Both the position numbers and the translations under genes were made by a program. A stretch of DNA of 64,000 nucleotides from positions 1 to 64,000 of the forward strand of contig JAAOMT010000139.1 of NCBI GenBank assembly GCA_016748015.1, given 5' to 3'. This DNA is from Geosiphon pyriformis uo1. Its lineage: Eukaryota; Fungi; Glomeromycota. Each line of letters opens with the position of its first letter. The stretch's first letter is position 1. Positions 15,470 to 28,700 of this stretch are shown here, in pieces. The notes beneath the pieces are model-generated. The model did no database searches. It had not been told where the DNA came from and saw only the letters and a list, made by a program, of their open reading frames with translations.

Positions 15470-15860
15470 AATATATTCTAAAAAAACATATATCAATAAT
15501 ATTAGATTTAATTTAAAATACTCTGAATAATTTTTTATAATTTTAGTACTTTATTTTTTGTAATTATAAATCTTAAAATAATGTTAAAAATTCTTGTTAG
15601 TACTATAATACAAATTATTTTTTAGTCTAATTTTACAAAAAAAATTGATATTAAAAGAAAAAGAATAAATATAAAATATTAAAAATATTATTATTATACT
15701 TTAAATTAATTTTAACTGATTTTATACTATTAAATTACAAAAAAAAATTGTTTAAACTATCTTTTTATTTTTTGTTAAAATATTTTATCTTACTTTAATA
15801 AGCACCTAAAAAAAATTAGATTTTATTGTTAAAGAGATCCAAAATTTGGATCTAATAAAA
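15470..15860 (+). pseudogene. dUTPase domain of element B
   Basis: NNIRFNLKY (=DAGFDLRY), INLKIMLKILVSTIIQIIF*SNFTKKIDIK (=..ASRSSLAKKGI), KKIV*TIF (=EKIAQAIF), KEIQNLD (=RGIQGFGS). Lies between protease and RT. Confidence 0.75.
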
Positions 15861-18800
15861 AAAAAATATACTAATTAATTATGTAAAAAAATCTAATAAC
15901 TAAGTAGAATTTATTTATACTAATATTGTTATTTTTATTTATTTATATTAATAGTATATTCTAAAAATTGATTAAAAAGTTTAGAATCAAGTTTTACTGT
16001 TTAAAACAGCCCTAAAAATTTGTTTTTTAGCCAATATTACAAATCTGTATATATTTGTTAAAGCTTACAAACACTTCAAAATTTCTATTTACAACTTTAT
16101 TGAAAATATTATTAAGATTTTCAAAAGAATTTTTATTGGTTTTATAACTTCAAATATATAAAATTCTAAAAAACTACAATTTATTCTAGATTTTATTTAA
16201 CTTTTTCTATTTTGTAACATTACTTTTTAAGTATAAAACCTGCTAAAAAAAATTAATAAGTTTAATCTTAAAAATTTGAGTACTTTATAATAAATACAAC
16301 TAAAAATTTTTTGAATCAATATGTTAATATTTTTGTCAATAAAAATGAATTTGCACTAATATTATAAAACACAAAATTAACATAAAAGATATTAAATTTA
16401 TTAAACAACAAGTTTATTAAGTAATTTTAAATAATAATAATTTGATTAAACAAAAAATACAGCAGATATTAAATAATAAATTAATTAAAAAATTGTTAAG
16501 TTATTGGTTTTTATTTATTATTTTAATTATAAAAAAGAAAGAAAAATTTTGTTTCTATGTCAATTATTAAAAATTTAATAGTATTATTCAAAAAACAACT
16601 ATTTAACTTTTTTAATTCAAGAAATTCTAAACAATTTAGAGAACAAGAAATAATTTTTATGATTAAACTTTGTCAATAAATATTGACAAGTTAAAATAGA
16701 TCTAATTAACAAAAAAAAAACTGCTTTTATTATTCGAGATAAAGATTTTAAGTTTAATATAATACTTTTTAAACTTTACAATATCTCTGTTATTTTCTAA
16801 TGTATAATAGATATTGTATACAAAAAAATACTATAAAAATTAATTATTGTTTACTTAAATAATATCAATGTATTCTTAAAAATATTTAATAATCATCTAT
16901 TCTATTTTTAACAAATTTTTAATTGCTTTTAAAATATTAAATTAAAACTTAATTTTAATAAATATTTTTTTGAAAAAACTAAACTGAAATTTTTAAGACA
17001 TATAATCAACAAAAATAGAATAAAACCAGATCTTGATAAAATTTAAAAAATTAAAAATTTTTTTTGTTTCAATCAATCTTTAAAAATTAAAAAAATTTTT
17101 AAGACTGATCAGATATTATTACAAATTTTTTAAAACTTTTTTAAACATATATAAAAAACTAACCAGTAAAAAACATTTAATTATTTCAAATAATAACTTA
17201 TTAAAGTTTTAATCTTAATTTACCCAAATTTTAATAAATATTTTATTGTAGTTACAAATGTTTTAAAAAATACATTAAAAGTCATCCTATTATAAATTAG
17301 ATTTGATAATTAAGAATATTTTATTATTTATGTTAGCTGTAATATTAATACTACTAAAAAAATATATAATGTTATTAATTTAAAGTGTTTTACTATTTAC
17401 TAAGCTGTATAAAATTAAAAATATTACTTTTACTAACTATTTAATTTATATATTAATTATAAAAGACTTATTTAATTATTTAACAAACCATAATTCAAAG
17501 AAAAATATGCAATATAAAGTACTTATCTACAGCAATTTTATACAAAATATATTATAAAAAAAGAACTAAAAATATTAATACTAACAGCTTATTAAGAATA
17601 ATTCAAATTTAATCTTATAATAATAAACACAACTATCTATTAATAATTATATTAATATCTGTTAATATTTTAGTTTAAGAAAAAACTATTTTATTCACAA
17701 TAACTAATTATTTTATTAAGAATACTAAAACTATACTATATTATAACAAATATAAAAAATAATAATAAAAAATAATCTTGTTTAACATATATTTTAATTT
17801 AATAACCAGATATTTTAATAAAAATACTACCTTAAAAAAAACAATTAATCTATATTATTGGTCAATAATATATAAAAATATTTTTAAATACATTCTTAAT
17901 TATAACTTTTATTAAAAAAGAAAAGAAATTAATATAACAGAACTACTTTAATTCATTCTAATTGAAAATTTATTTAATAAAATTAAGATTAATTTGGTTA
18001 AATTTTTTTTAATTACTATAAAAAAAATTAATATATTGTAGTAATTATAGATTATTTTACAAAATAACCAGAAGTTTAAGTCATTTCAATTGTAAATATT
18101 AAAATAATAACTGATTTTATATACCAAAATCTAATCTGTAGATATAGATATTCAAAAAAATTATTATTTAATCAAAAAACTTACTTTGTCAACAATACTT
18201 TAATAGAATTAAACCAATAATTTAAAATAAAATAACAATCATTATTATTATATTATTTTTAAACAAATGGATTAGTAAAATAATTTAATTAAATATTATA
18301 TAAAACATTAGTAAAAATAAATTACAAAATACACAAAAATAAGACTTATTTATACTCTTAATATTATTTACATATAAAACATTAAAGCAAAATACTATCC
18401 AATTTACATTATTTAAACTAGTTTATAGAAAAAAAACCACACTGTTTATTAAACTAAAAATACTTTTATTTTCAACAAAATGATTACTAAAAAAAACTTT
18501 CAAGTTATTTTGTATTAAAAACATACCAGCTTATAAAAACATTGGAAAACAATTGTAAAACAGTAGTTAACAATATTAGTAATTCTTAAAAATAACAGAA
18601 AAAAAAACATAATAATTGCCTACCAAACTAATTAGTTGAATTTAAGATTAAAAACCAAGTATTGTTATATTATATTAAAGCTAAAAAACAGTAAAATGGA
18701 AAGTTTGATTTAAAGTAAGACAAAACATTTCACATACATAAAGTTTTAAACAATAAAACTTACAAACTATAATTAAAAAATAGAATTTTAAAAAAAGCTG

Positions 18801-19646
18801 TACATAAAAATTACCTAAAAATTTATTATACAATACAAAAATTATTATTATTTATATCTTAATTAGAAATACAAATTTTATTAATTAAACTTGAAAATAT
18901 ATATGAAATTTAGAACCAATTATTATCATTGAACACAATTTATATACAAAAATTTAAATTATATAAAATAAATATATAAATACTAAAAAGATGAAAAAAA
19001 AGTTATTGATATTCTTAATATGAACTTTTTAGACAAAATTTTAAAAACTTCACAACAATTATTTAAAACAATTCAATAATTTACAATATCAATAAAAATT
19101 ATAATTAATAAAAAAAAGATATAATACAAAAATACAAACAAAAAAAGAATAAACAAAAGTTTAACTAGAATTGAATATTTTTATTCTTATAAATGATTAA
19201 AAAAAATGTATACTTAAATATTTAAAAAAATTAAAAGAATAGACTCTTAAAATCTCCAAAAAATGAAAAAAAAACTTTTATTAACATACTGATTCTTTAA
19301 AATTAATAAAAAATTAAACTTATAAATATTATACTTAAATATTAATAAACAAATATTTAACAAAAAAGCTTTTAAACAAATAGAAAAATTTATTAAAAGA
19401 AATAACTTAATAATATATTATAAAACAATATATTAATTATATTTAGTATTTAAATATTGTTTAGTCATATTATTAGACAATTTATTAAAATTTATTATAG
19501 TTAATAACATAAGATAAATAACAAATTTCCAGTTTAAAAAACTACAAAAAACAATATTCAACATAATAATTAAATATTATACTAAAAAACAATTTTTAAA
19601 TATACATATAATTTTGCAAAAACTCAATTTTAAAAGGGAAAAATAA

Positions 19647-20641
19647 TGTTATCTGAATAAAAAAACCAATTTAAAACTATTAAAAAAACGTGACTAATAC
19701 ATAATAATATAAAAAAAACATGAAATAATACAAAATAATATAAAATAATTTAAGATAATACAAGATAATACACAATAACATAAAATAGCACAGAATAATT
19801 AATTATAGTATAAAATAACTAGTTATAATATAAAAAAATAAAGCAATTATAGAAATAATAAGTAATATTTAGTAATAATAAGCAACTAAAAACAATTTTG
19901 TAAAATCAAAAATATATATAAAAATAAGTAGCTTTAGCAAATAAAAAAAAACAATAAGAAAAACAAAAATTACTTTTTTCTTAATATTATAAAAACATAA
20001 TTTAAAATTAACTTTATTATATATATATTTGTAAATTAATTCAATAAAATATTCTTATTTTAAATTATTTATATATAATTTTAATATTTTAATTGTTAAA
20101 AATTAAATCAATTATCTTTGTTACTTTTGTTTCAAGTCAGATGTTATTAATATAAAATAGTTTTGGAACTTTAATAACTTGGACCAATTGCTTTTAATTA
20201 CAATAATTAATAATATTAATTTTTTTTTTTTATTCTTTTTATTTTTTTTATTTTTTCTTGTGTAAAATAACAATATTGAAAATTAACTGTTTGAAAATAA
20301 ACTTTATAATAATCTGATAAAAGAAAAAAGCTTTTTTTAAATTTAGATATTAACTTTATCTTGTTAGTTCATTAAAAAAGCAAAAAAACAATATTAGACT
20401 TTAATAATTGTGCTTACTAATTCAGAGAAAAATATAACAAAAACAACACAATTATAAAAACCAAAACTCAGTGCTTTATAACAAAAAAACTTAATAAATA
20501 TAACTTTAAACAAGAAAAATTTTTAAAGATTAATAAATAATTTAATTAAAAAAACTATTATATTAATATTTAATTAACTTTTAATATTAAATTATAAACA
20601 CTAAAAGTTATAATTCTATTCTATTAAGTTTATCAATAATA
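19647..20641 (+). repeat. 3' LTR of element B
   Basis: Direct repeat of 10921-11890, preceded by a polypurine tract. Confidence 0.92.
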
Positions 20642-21524
20642 ATATTATTTAGAAATTAAAATAAGAATTTTAAACTTTTGTTTAAATTAAGTAATAAAAA
20701 AGATATTATTTTCTTTAATATTTTTAAAAGTCTATTTTTCTATTCTTTAGAAAGCATCAACAGTGGTTTTTTATAAAAACCAAATAGCAAAAAAGTCTTA
20801 AAGATAGCCATTAATTATTTGAAACTTATAATTATTATTATATTGGTTGATTATTGTTGTTTTTTTAAAATTATTTAACTATTTACTTGGATCTTATATA
20901 TTATTTTTAAATAAGAATAATAGAATATTGTTTTTTTGTCTTAAAACAGTTTGTATATTTTAGAAAACAGCCAAAATGTTTGCTTACATAAGATTATTAA
21001 CTATTAATTTAGAAGTAACTGTTTTTGTAAAAAAATTTAATTTACTTAAAAAACAATTAAAAACAAAAACAATTTGATAGTTTTTTTCTTTTGTTTTAAA
21101 AAAAGTTTTAACTAATTAATAAACACCAATCCAAATATAAATTTGATAATTCAAAATATTTTAAATCAAAGAACTGTTATTTAAAAATTGTGAAGTATAA
21201 GAGCTAATTAATAATATTATTTTTTTTTAAAAGAATTTTTAAAATAAGTTTAATTAAAGAAATATATAGTATAAACTATATAAATTTCAGTTGAATATTT
21301 GTTTAAAAACCAGTTTTAAAAGTTTTGGAATTGTTTACTAAATTGATTTTGAATAAAAAAACAAATTAAACAGAAAAGCAAAAAATTGAGTTCAATAAAG
21401 TCTAAATTATTTTTGTTGTATACTTTAAAGTATTTTTTTAATTATTATAATAAGTATAAATAATCATTTATATAATAAAAAATAAATAAAATTTTTGACA
21501 ACTTCATAAAAAGCACTATTTTTA

Positions 21525-22210
21525 TGTTATAAATTAAAGTAACAAGCTAATAAATAGCAAGGTAATACAATATTATATAGTAATAAAAATAATCAAAAAA
21601 AAATTTAACTTTAAAAAACAAATTAAATTGATATAAATTCAATATATAAGATTAATTTTATAAATATTTTAGTCACTATTCTTTTTAAAAGATAATAAGA
21701 AAATTTAAAAGTAAAGAAATAATCTATATTATTAACAAAAAATAATACATTAATATAATTTTATATCTTATATTAGCACTTTTAAAATTTAATATTAAAT
21801 ATTAATTGCATTTTTTAATAATATTTATTCAATAATTTTTAAAATTAACAATTATAAGTAAATATTAATAAGTAAATTTTTATTACAAAAATGTTCAAAT
21901 ACTTAAAAAGATTTGGAAAAAAAAATAAATTAATTAAAAAAAAAAAAATATTTAGAAGTAATTTTTATTACTTTAATTTATATATATTTTATATGATTAT
22001 ATATGTTTTTTTAAAGCTAAAAAAAATATTATTTATATAACTATTTAAAGTAATCAATAATTAGATCAGTAACTAAATTAACAATCAAATTATTAATTAG
22101 GTTAATAATTAAATTAAAAATTATTTTCTAAAAATAAAATAGCTAATTATATGATATCAATAGCTAATAGATATAATAATTAATAAAAACTATGGCTTTT
22201 AACCATAATA
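21525..22210 (-). repeat. 5' LTR of element A
   Basis: tgtta...cataata ends. PBS relic lies immediately internal on the minus strand. Confidence 0.85.
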
Positions 22211-25200
22211 GTATCTTTAATTTACTAAAATATTAGAGGATTATTTTATTTTAGCTCAAAATATTTTTTTTACAAATCAATTTAAATAAAAATTTATTTT
22301 AAAAAAAAACATAAATTTTTTTAATTTTTTTAAAATTTTTTTTTATATTAATAGTTTAAAATTGATTAGTTATTAATTTTAATATAGTTAATAACTTTCA
22401 AATTTTAATTCAAAATAAATTTTTTAACATATTTTTTATTTTTTTTTAAATTTTTTTATATTATTAGTAGTTTACAATTAAAATTTTTTGTAAAAAGTTA
22501 ATTTTTACAACAAAATAACTACACATATTTTAAAAAATTTACAGATAAAATTTTTTTATAAAAGAATTGACTTTTATTGCAAAATAACTATATAAATAAT
22601 TAGTACAGAATTGGTTATTTTATTATAAATCCAACAGCATATACAATTCAAAATATAAAAAATACTTTAAAAGAGAAATTAGTTTATTAGCTTTTATTAA
22701 TAGAAAAATTGACAGCAAAATAGCATTAATATTTAGAAAAAAATAAAAAAATTTTTAATAATATTTAATATTCTCTTAAAAACAATATAGCAACAATTAT
22801 ATCTGACATAATAACTTTAAAGTACTATTAATTAATTTATACTTATTATAAATAATAATTTGAAATTTAAAATAGAATTATAGCTTTTAAAAAGACACTT
22901 TTTTAATATATTAAAAACCAAATTAATAATTATTTTTTGAAAATTACAATATTATAAATATTGAAAAAAAGCTTCTTAAAAATTTAATTACACTTTTTTT
23001 AGCTTTACTTGCTTAAGTTTAGATATTAAATTCACTTTTTAATCAATTTTTAAGACCAAAAAACTTTACCAAAAGTTCTATCCAATAGTCAAAACTAATT
23101 TATACTAATATTAATTTTCTTGATTATTTAACTAAAAACCAAAATAAAAATTCAAAGACATTAATTAATAAAGAAAATATTTTTAAATTTATTAAAAACA
23201 AAAATAAAATAATAGAAAAATGACTATTGTTTATATTGTAAAGATTTCATATTTTTCTGAAAAAAATATTAAAACCAATTTTTAAAAATAGTTTAATCAA
23301 ATTATTAAGACAGAAAATATAAACAAATAAAATATAGTGAAAATATCATAAGCAATTTTTTATTTTTTAAAAAAAACTGTTAGTAAATAGTTTAAAAATT
23401 TGGCCAACTTTTTTGCAGATTGGCAAGTTTTCAAAACTGTTTTTTTTAAACAGTTTACTAATAACAATGCTTTAATTATTTTTTAAAATCATTTTTAAAA
23501 TATTAAACAAGAATTATTTAAATCTGTTATAATTTATATTAAAAAAAATTTGTTAATTAAAAACAAATGCTTACTATTTTAATATTTAAATTTTGGATTA
23601 ATTTATTATTAATTTAAAAAATAAATAATTTAAGATAATTTATTTATATAACTTAACAGATTTAATTACTATTATTTAATATGTTAAAAACTACAAAATA
23701 ATAATAAAAAAAGCAAATTGCACCAAACTTGTTAATTTAGCCATAGAAAAAACAGTTAAGAAATTAAAAAAAAATTAATTAGCTTATTAAAAAAGTCAAA
23801 ATATATTTAATTAATTAACAACAGAAATATTAATTACTATAAAAACAAAACCAAAAAAATCTATTATTATCTAATAACAACCAAATTTAACAATTAATTT
23901 GTTATTATTATAAAATTTTAGAATATTAAAAACATAATTGCCAAAAAATGCAAAAAAATTAATAATAACAGAATAATTAATGTTATTTTTTATTATAATA
24001 ATAATTTTATAATTTACTATTATTTACCAAAACTTTAACCTATTTATTATTAGTTTGCTTTACTATAACAATAGTATTATCAATTATTTTTAACTCAAAA
24101 TTATCAACTATTAGCAAAAAAATTAGTTCAATCTAATTAATTTACACTATATAATTGCTTTTATATTGGCAATAACAGATTTGGTTTTAATAATTAATTA
24201 ATACTTTATAATAATAATCAACAACTACTTAGATATTTTTACATTTAATTTAGTTATTTTATAATACCAAAAAACCAAAACTTTTATCATATTATATTTT
24301 TAAAAGATAAAACAACACAACAACAAAATTTTTTTTACAACAACAATACAATTTTACTTACAAAAATAACTGTAAATATCAATATTTTAAATATTTTTTT
24401 ATTTGAATTTAAAATAAACAAATTATTTTTTCTATTTAGCAATATAATAGCTTTAAAACAAAAAACATGTATAATAATATATATTAAAGCTAAAATTAAA
24501 GAAAAATTAATTTGATTAATCTTAAATAATAACTTTACTAAAAACATTATTATTTATTAATTGATATAACAATTAAAAAAAAGATTAACAAATTTATCCA
24601 AACAATAATTGTCATTGCCAATAATATAAAAAAGATTCCTATAAAAAAAATTGATAACTTCTTTTTTTTAATTAATGAAATTATTATTTTAATCAAAATT
24701 CTTATTATAGATGTACTTTAATATTAAGTTTTTATTAAAAATAATTAATTTTTCAAAGCCAATACAAATTTAAATTAAGAAACTTAAGAATTAAAAATTT
24801 TTTACCAAGAACAACACACCAAAATACTTGTTATTTGTAATATTTTTAACAAATAATTCAAAAAAACCTCAGTTTTTAAATTTAAAAAAAAACCAATTAT
24901 TAAAACTTATATAATACTTAAATTTGGTCTAATTAGACTGAAAAAACAGAATAATAATTATTTAAAACACCTATATTATAATTAATATTATTATAAGTTA
25001 AAAATATCAATTAATAATTTATATTAATAATTAAACAAACCAATAATTAATATGTTTTTTACTTAAAATTACAATCTAAAAAACAATTAGCTTATATCTT
25101 ACTTAATTACAAGAATTGTAACAAAAAGTTTTTATTTATAAAAGTTTGTATATTATTAGAAAAAAAATATGAAACTTGTATTTATTATTATTATAAAACT

Positions 25201-25789
25201 TATTACAAAAAACAATTTAGTAGTTTTAAATAAAGTGAAAAATAAAACAATATATTATATCTTATATATAAAAAATTAATATTAAAAAAATACAATTAAA
25301 TTGATATTATAATAAAAAAAAAGTTTGTAATTAGATCTGCTAATATGTTTTGTTTATTTTAAGAAAAGTAAAATATAGAACATTTTTTATCGCAACTTAT
25401 AATAATGTTCTTAATAAATTCTATTATTATTTATATTGTACTAAAATAATTTATGAATTAATAATGATTTTAATTAATAAAAAATTTCAGCAAATATTTG
25501 TTAAACAAAAAAAGCTAAATACATTAAATATATAATAAAATTAGCTAAATTTAACTATAAAAACAAAATAAAACTTTATTACTTGACTTTTAATCATGTC
25601 TATCTTTTAAAAAAAACTTAAATACAATAATTAAAACAAATAAACATTCAATTTTGCAAAAAATATATTATGTTTATAATAATTAATAATGTTTTAAATA
25701 TTATGTCTTATAAAAAATACCAATAAAAGTTTTAACAACTTCTATCTACTTTATTTAAAACTAATCTGCTTTATTACTCAAATATTTTA

Positions 25790-26190
25790 ACAAAAATAGT
25801 CAAAAAAACAAGTCAAAAAAATTCATAAAATTGATACAGAATATAATTTTTAATATTTAAGAAAAAATATCTTTATTTTAAAACCAAAATTACTTACAAA
25901 AAATTAATTTTAAAATTCTGTCAAGAACAATAATACAAATTGTTTTTTAATTATTATTAAGAAGCAAAAAAATTAACATTAAAAAAAGAATTATTAATAC
26001 AGAATATATTAAAAACATTATAGTAATACTTTAAAATAAATTTAAAAAATCTTTTAAAATTAAACATGTCAAAAAAATTGCTCAAGCTATTTATTTATTT
26101 TTAATTAATATTTTAAATTTACAATTAGTTTAAAATCAAGAAAAACTTAGCAAAAATAAAAAAAAACTCAAAATTTTAAATCAATTAAAT
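25790..26190 (+). pseudogene. dUTPase domain of element C
   Basis: KKINIKKRIINTEYIKNIIVIL (=KGINIRGGIIDAGYTGNIIVML) and KKIAQAIYL (motif IV). Confidence 0.8.
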
Positions 26191-26393
26191 AATTCACAAT
26201 TTTAGTAAACATGAATTTTAATATACAGAATAAATCTTATTAGATTCTTAGATTATTATAAACAATTATTATTCTATCTTTTAAAAAAATTCATAAAACA
26301 TATACTTATTTAATACTTATTACTATTCAACAAATTTTTGAATTCAATAAACAAATTTGCAAAGAATATAAAATTTCAATTTCAAATATTTAT

Positions 26394-28700
26394 ATTTTTA
26401 TTAATTAAAAAATCAAAAGCTTTTTGTCTCCTTAATTTTATGATTATGACCAGAGCAAAGAGTAAAAAAGCTGCACCTAATATTTGTCCTGAAATATTTA
26501 ATAAAATTTCAATCAGAGGAGCTCTCTCTGTTGTAGAAGCAACTAGACAAAATGTTTTAAAAGCTTTCCCTTTATCTAGTAATTGTAATAAGCTGTCTTT
26601 GATAGCCACTGAAGCAATTTCCTTATCTTTGGCTGGTTTTTCACCAGTCAAAGTTCTCTCAAAGAGACACACTTGAGTTAATCTTAGTGTTGCCTCCACC
26701 CTGACTAAGAGCCCAAAAGTTTTTAATAATAAACCAGTAAATAAGCTGGTTTTCCCCTCCATAGATTCAACACTTGGTGCTACTAGCATCACTTCTTCAA
26801 AAAAATGATCAAAAAGACCAAAAGTTTAGAAAAGTGGGAGCAGTCACTTGTCTCTGCTATTGTTACACCGAACCTCTTTGTGGTTTCCAATGAGATCTTA
26901 GATGAGATCTCCATAGCATCATCCAGCACATCATCTAAGATAGGCCAAGATTAACCACTGGTTGTGTTGCCAAATGTAGTGTCTTCTGACAAATTATTGC
27001 CAGTTTTAGAAACAAATCAATCTCCTCCTGTTGAGTTACTTGTTCTTGGGAACTGGGCTGATTAAATGGAAACTGAATCATTTTCTTCTCTAGTTTTTGG
27101 TGCTCTTTCTGGTGGTGCTTGGAAAACTATTACTAGTTATCAAAGGTTTGCTGGGTGGGTGGCCTCTATTCTGGTGTCTGGTGCTATTTTTAAAATCAAA
27201 TTGGCTCATGTTAAGGCTGTTTTTCAGTTTGTACATGGTTTTTTAGGTGCTAAATCTGTTTCAAAAGACAATATGAAGCTTTTCTGTATGGAGTTTGCTT
27301 CTCAACAGTCTTTGGAAGCTGCATTTCTGATTGAGCTTACAAGCTCTGTTCATTTGGTTACTCTCAAAATTGCCAAGTCTTTGGTGGTTTCTGAATCTGT
27401 TTCCCTTTCTGCTGCTGTTGCACTGCGAGATGTGCCCTTGAGTGTGTCTGCTGCTGATATTAAGACAGCTTTTAGTGTGTTTGGTAGTGTTGCTTATGTT
27501 ATGCTGAAGCCTGCTGGCATTTGGCTGTACGTGGTGGTTTATTTTGAAAAGTTGGATTCTGCTGTGTCTGTTTTGAATTATTGGTCAGTTTTGGTAAGCA
27601 AGAATAGTATTAGAATCTTTCCTCTGATGAATCAAAATAAGACTATTTTGTCTTGTGATATGTTTAAGGCCAAGTTGGTCAATTTCTCTTCTGGCTGTAC
27701 TGCCTTTGAGATTAGTGATATGATCTCCCAGGTTGGTGGCCAGACATGTTTTATTCCTCATTCACCTGATTCTGGTCATTGTTCCCAGTTTGCTCTGGTT
27801 ACATTTGGTTCCTGAATTGATTTGGACTCTGCAATCATTAAAACTGATACCTTAAGAAAATGCTGTATTTGGTGGAAAACTCCTGGTTGTCAGCAATGCT
27901 TTAGGTGTCAAAAAGTGGGCCATTTGACTGTTGACTGCAAAGTTTCTCTGTTTCCTCCTCCTAAGGCTCCCAAGATGTTCAAACCACATTTTGTTGGTTC
28001 TTTGTCTTATGCTAAAGCATCTGCTTCCTCTGTTATGTCTGAATTTCCTTCTTTGGTGGCTTCTACTCCTTCTGTAACTGTTGTTGATCCTGCTATTGGG
28101 TCCAGATTGAACTCTTTGGAAAAGCAAATTTCGAATTTGGCTGCCTTGGTAAAGTTTATTGTTGAGTCTGTTGGCTCTTTGGTTGTCTTGATATCTCGTT
28201 TCCTTGATGATAATGCCGTTAAGACTGTGCAGTTAAAAAAAAATCTCTTTTCTATGAAATATGCTTTTAACAATTTTGCCAATTTTCTGGTTGGTGTGTC
28301 TAAGAATATTGCTTGTCTTAGATTTGAAGTTGACTTTGGTGGCATGGATTATGATAATATACAGGCCACCAAATCTTTTTTTTTGAGTGAAAACACTGTT
28401 GAGCATGTTGTTACTTTGTGGCAGATGTCGGATGCTAAGGTTAGAAGTAGTATTGAATCTACTAGATTGTTTCTTAGTGAGTTTTATTTTTGATTCTAGG
28501 CATCTGAATGGTGTTATTGAAAAATTCATAAGTTGGGGTTATTTTCACCTCTTATTGTTTTAGCATAGTGTGTTCTTGACTGGTCTGAATGGCTGGTCAC
28601 ATATAGAAAACGCATGATTAGCACTTAATTTAGATTGATTTTTTAATGTATTGTTTTAGGTAGCTTTTGGGTCTCGCTCGTTAAATAAAAAGAAAAAAAA
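26394..28700 (+). mobile_element. ORF1-only non-autonomous non-LTR retroelement (HAL1-like)
   Basis: TSD aaatatttat 26384-26393 / 28699-28708 and a poly(A) tail. One disrupted ORF is followed directly by the LINE 3' tail. No EN or RT. Confidence 0.85.
26446..28568 (+). pseudogene. LINE ORF1-like RNA-binding protein (RRM-like, CX2CX4HX4C knuckle, coiled coil), disrupted
   Basis: MTRAKSKK...; WSVLVSKNSIRI and VGGQTCFIP are homologous to WSVLIGKNAVRV and VGGKTCVIE of the LINE ORF1. Knuckle CFRCQKVGHLTVDC. Several stops and frameshifts. Confidence 0.85.

Larger units (their letters stand above)
10921..20641 (+). mobile_element. Full-length decayed Ty3/Gypsy element B: gag-CCHC-protease-dUTPase-RT-RNaseH-integrase, nested in A
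   Basis: LTRs 10921-11890 and 19647-20641 start TGTTA. PBS relic 11893-11909. PPT aaaagggaaaaa before 19647. Possible 4-bp TSD atgc/atat. Knuckle relic ~13470-13510, LILNSKLT (=LILDSGSA) ~14128, YLNN 16852-16863, GPF-type motif ~18720. Confidence 0.92.
1765..22210 (-). mobile_element. Ty3/Gypsy LTR retrotransposon A (decayed; interrupted by a LINE and by element B)
   Basis: Direct repeats ~1765-2447 and 21525-22210. Minus-strand PBS relic TAGTGCTTTTTATGAAG (21502-21518). PPT relic next to 2448. RT-RNaseH-integrase order on the minus strand. Confidence 0.85.

Noticed and set aside
10921-20641. APOBEC-style editing of cDNA before integration as the cause of decay
   Set aside because: Both C>T and G>A occur on the same strand and the two LTRs mutated independently, which indicates post-integration double-stranded change.
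1622-25535. F/L/I/K/N-rich ORFs in the ORF track (1622, 5214, 24335, 25350)
   Set aside because: These are chance frames or decayed fragments of retroelement proteins, not genes.
850-26390. Organelle insertion or contaminant from an AT-rich organism
   Set aside because: The sequence resolves into LTR pairs, PBS/PPT and gag-pol motifs, and hosts the same LINE family found beside the fungal genes.
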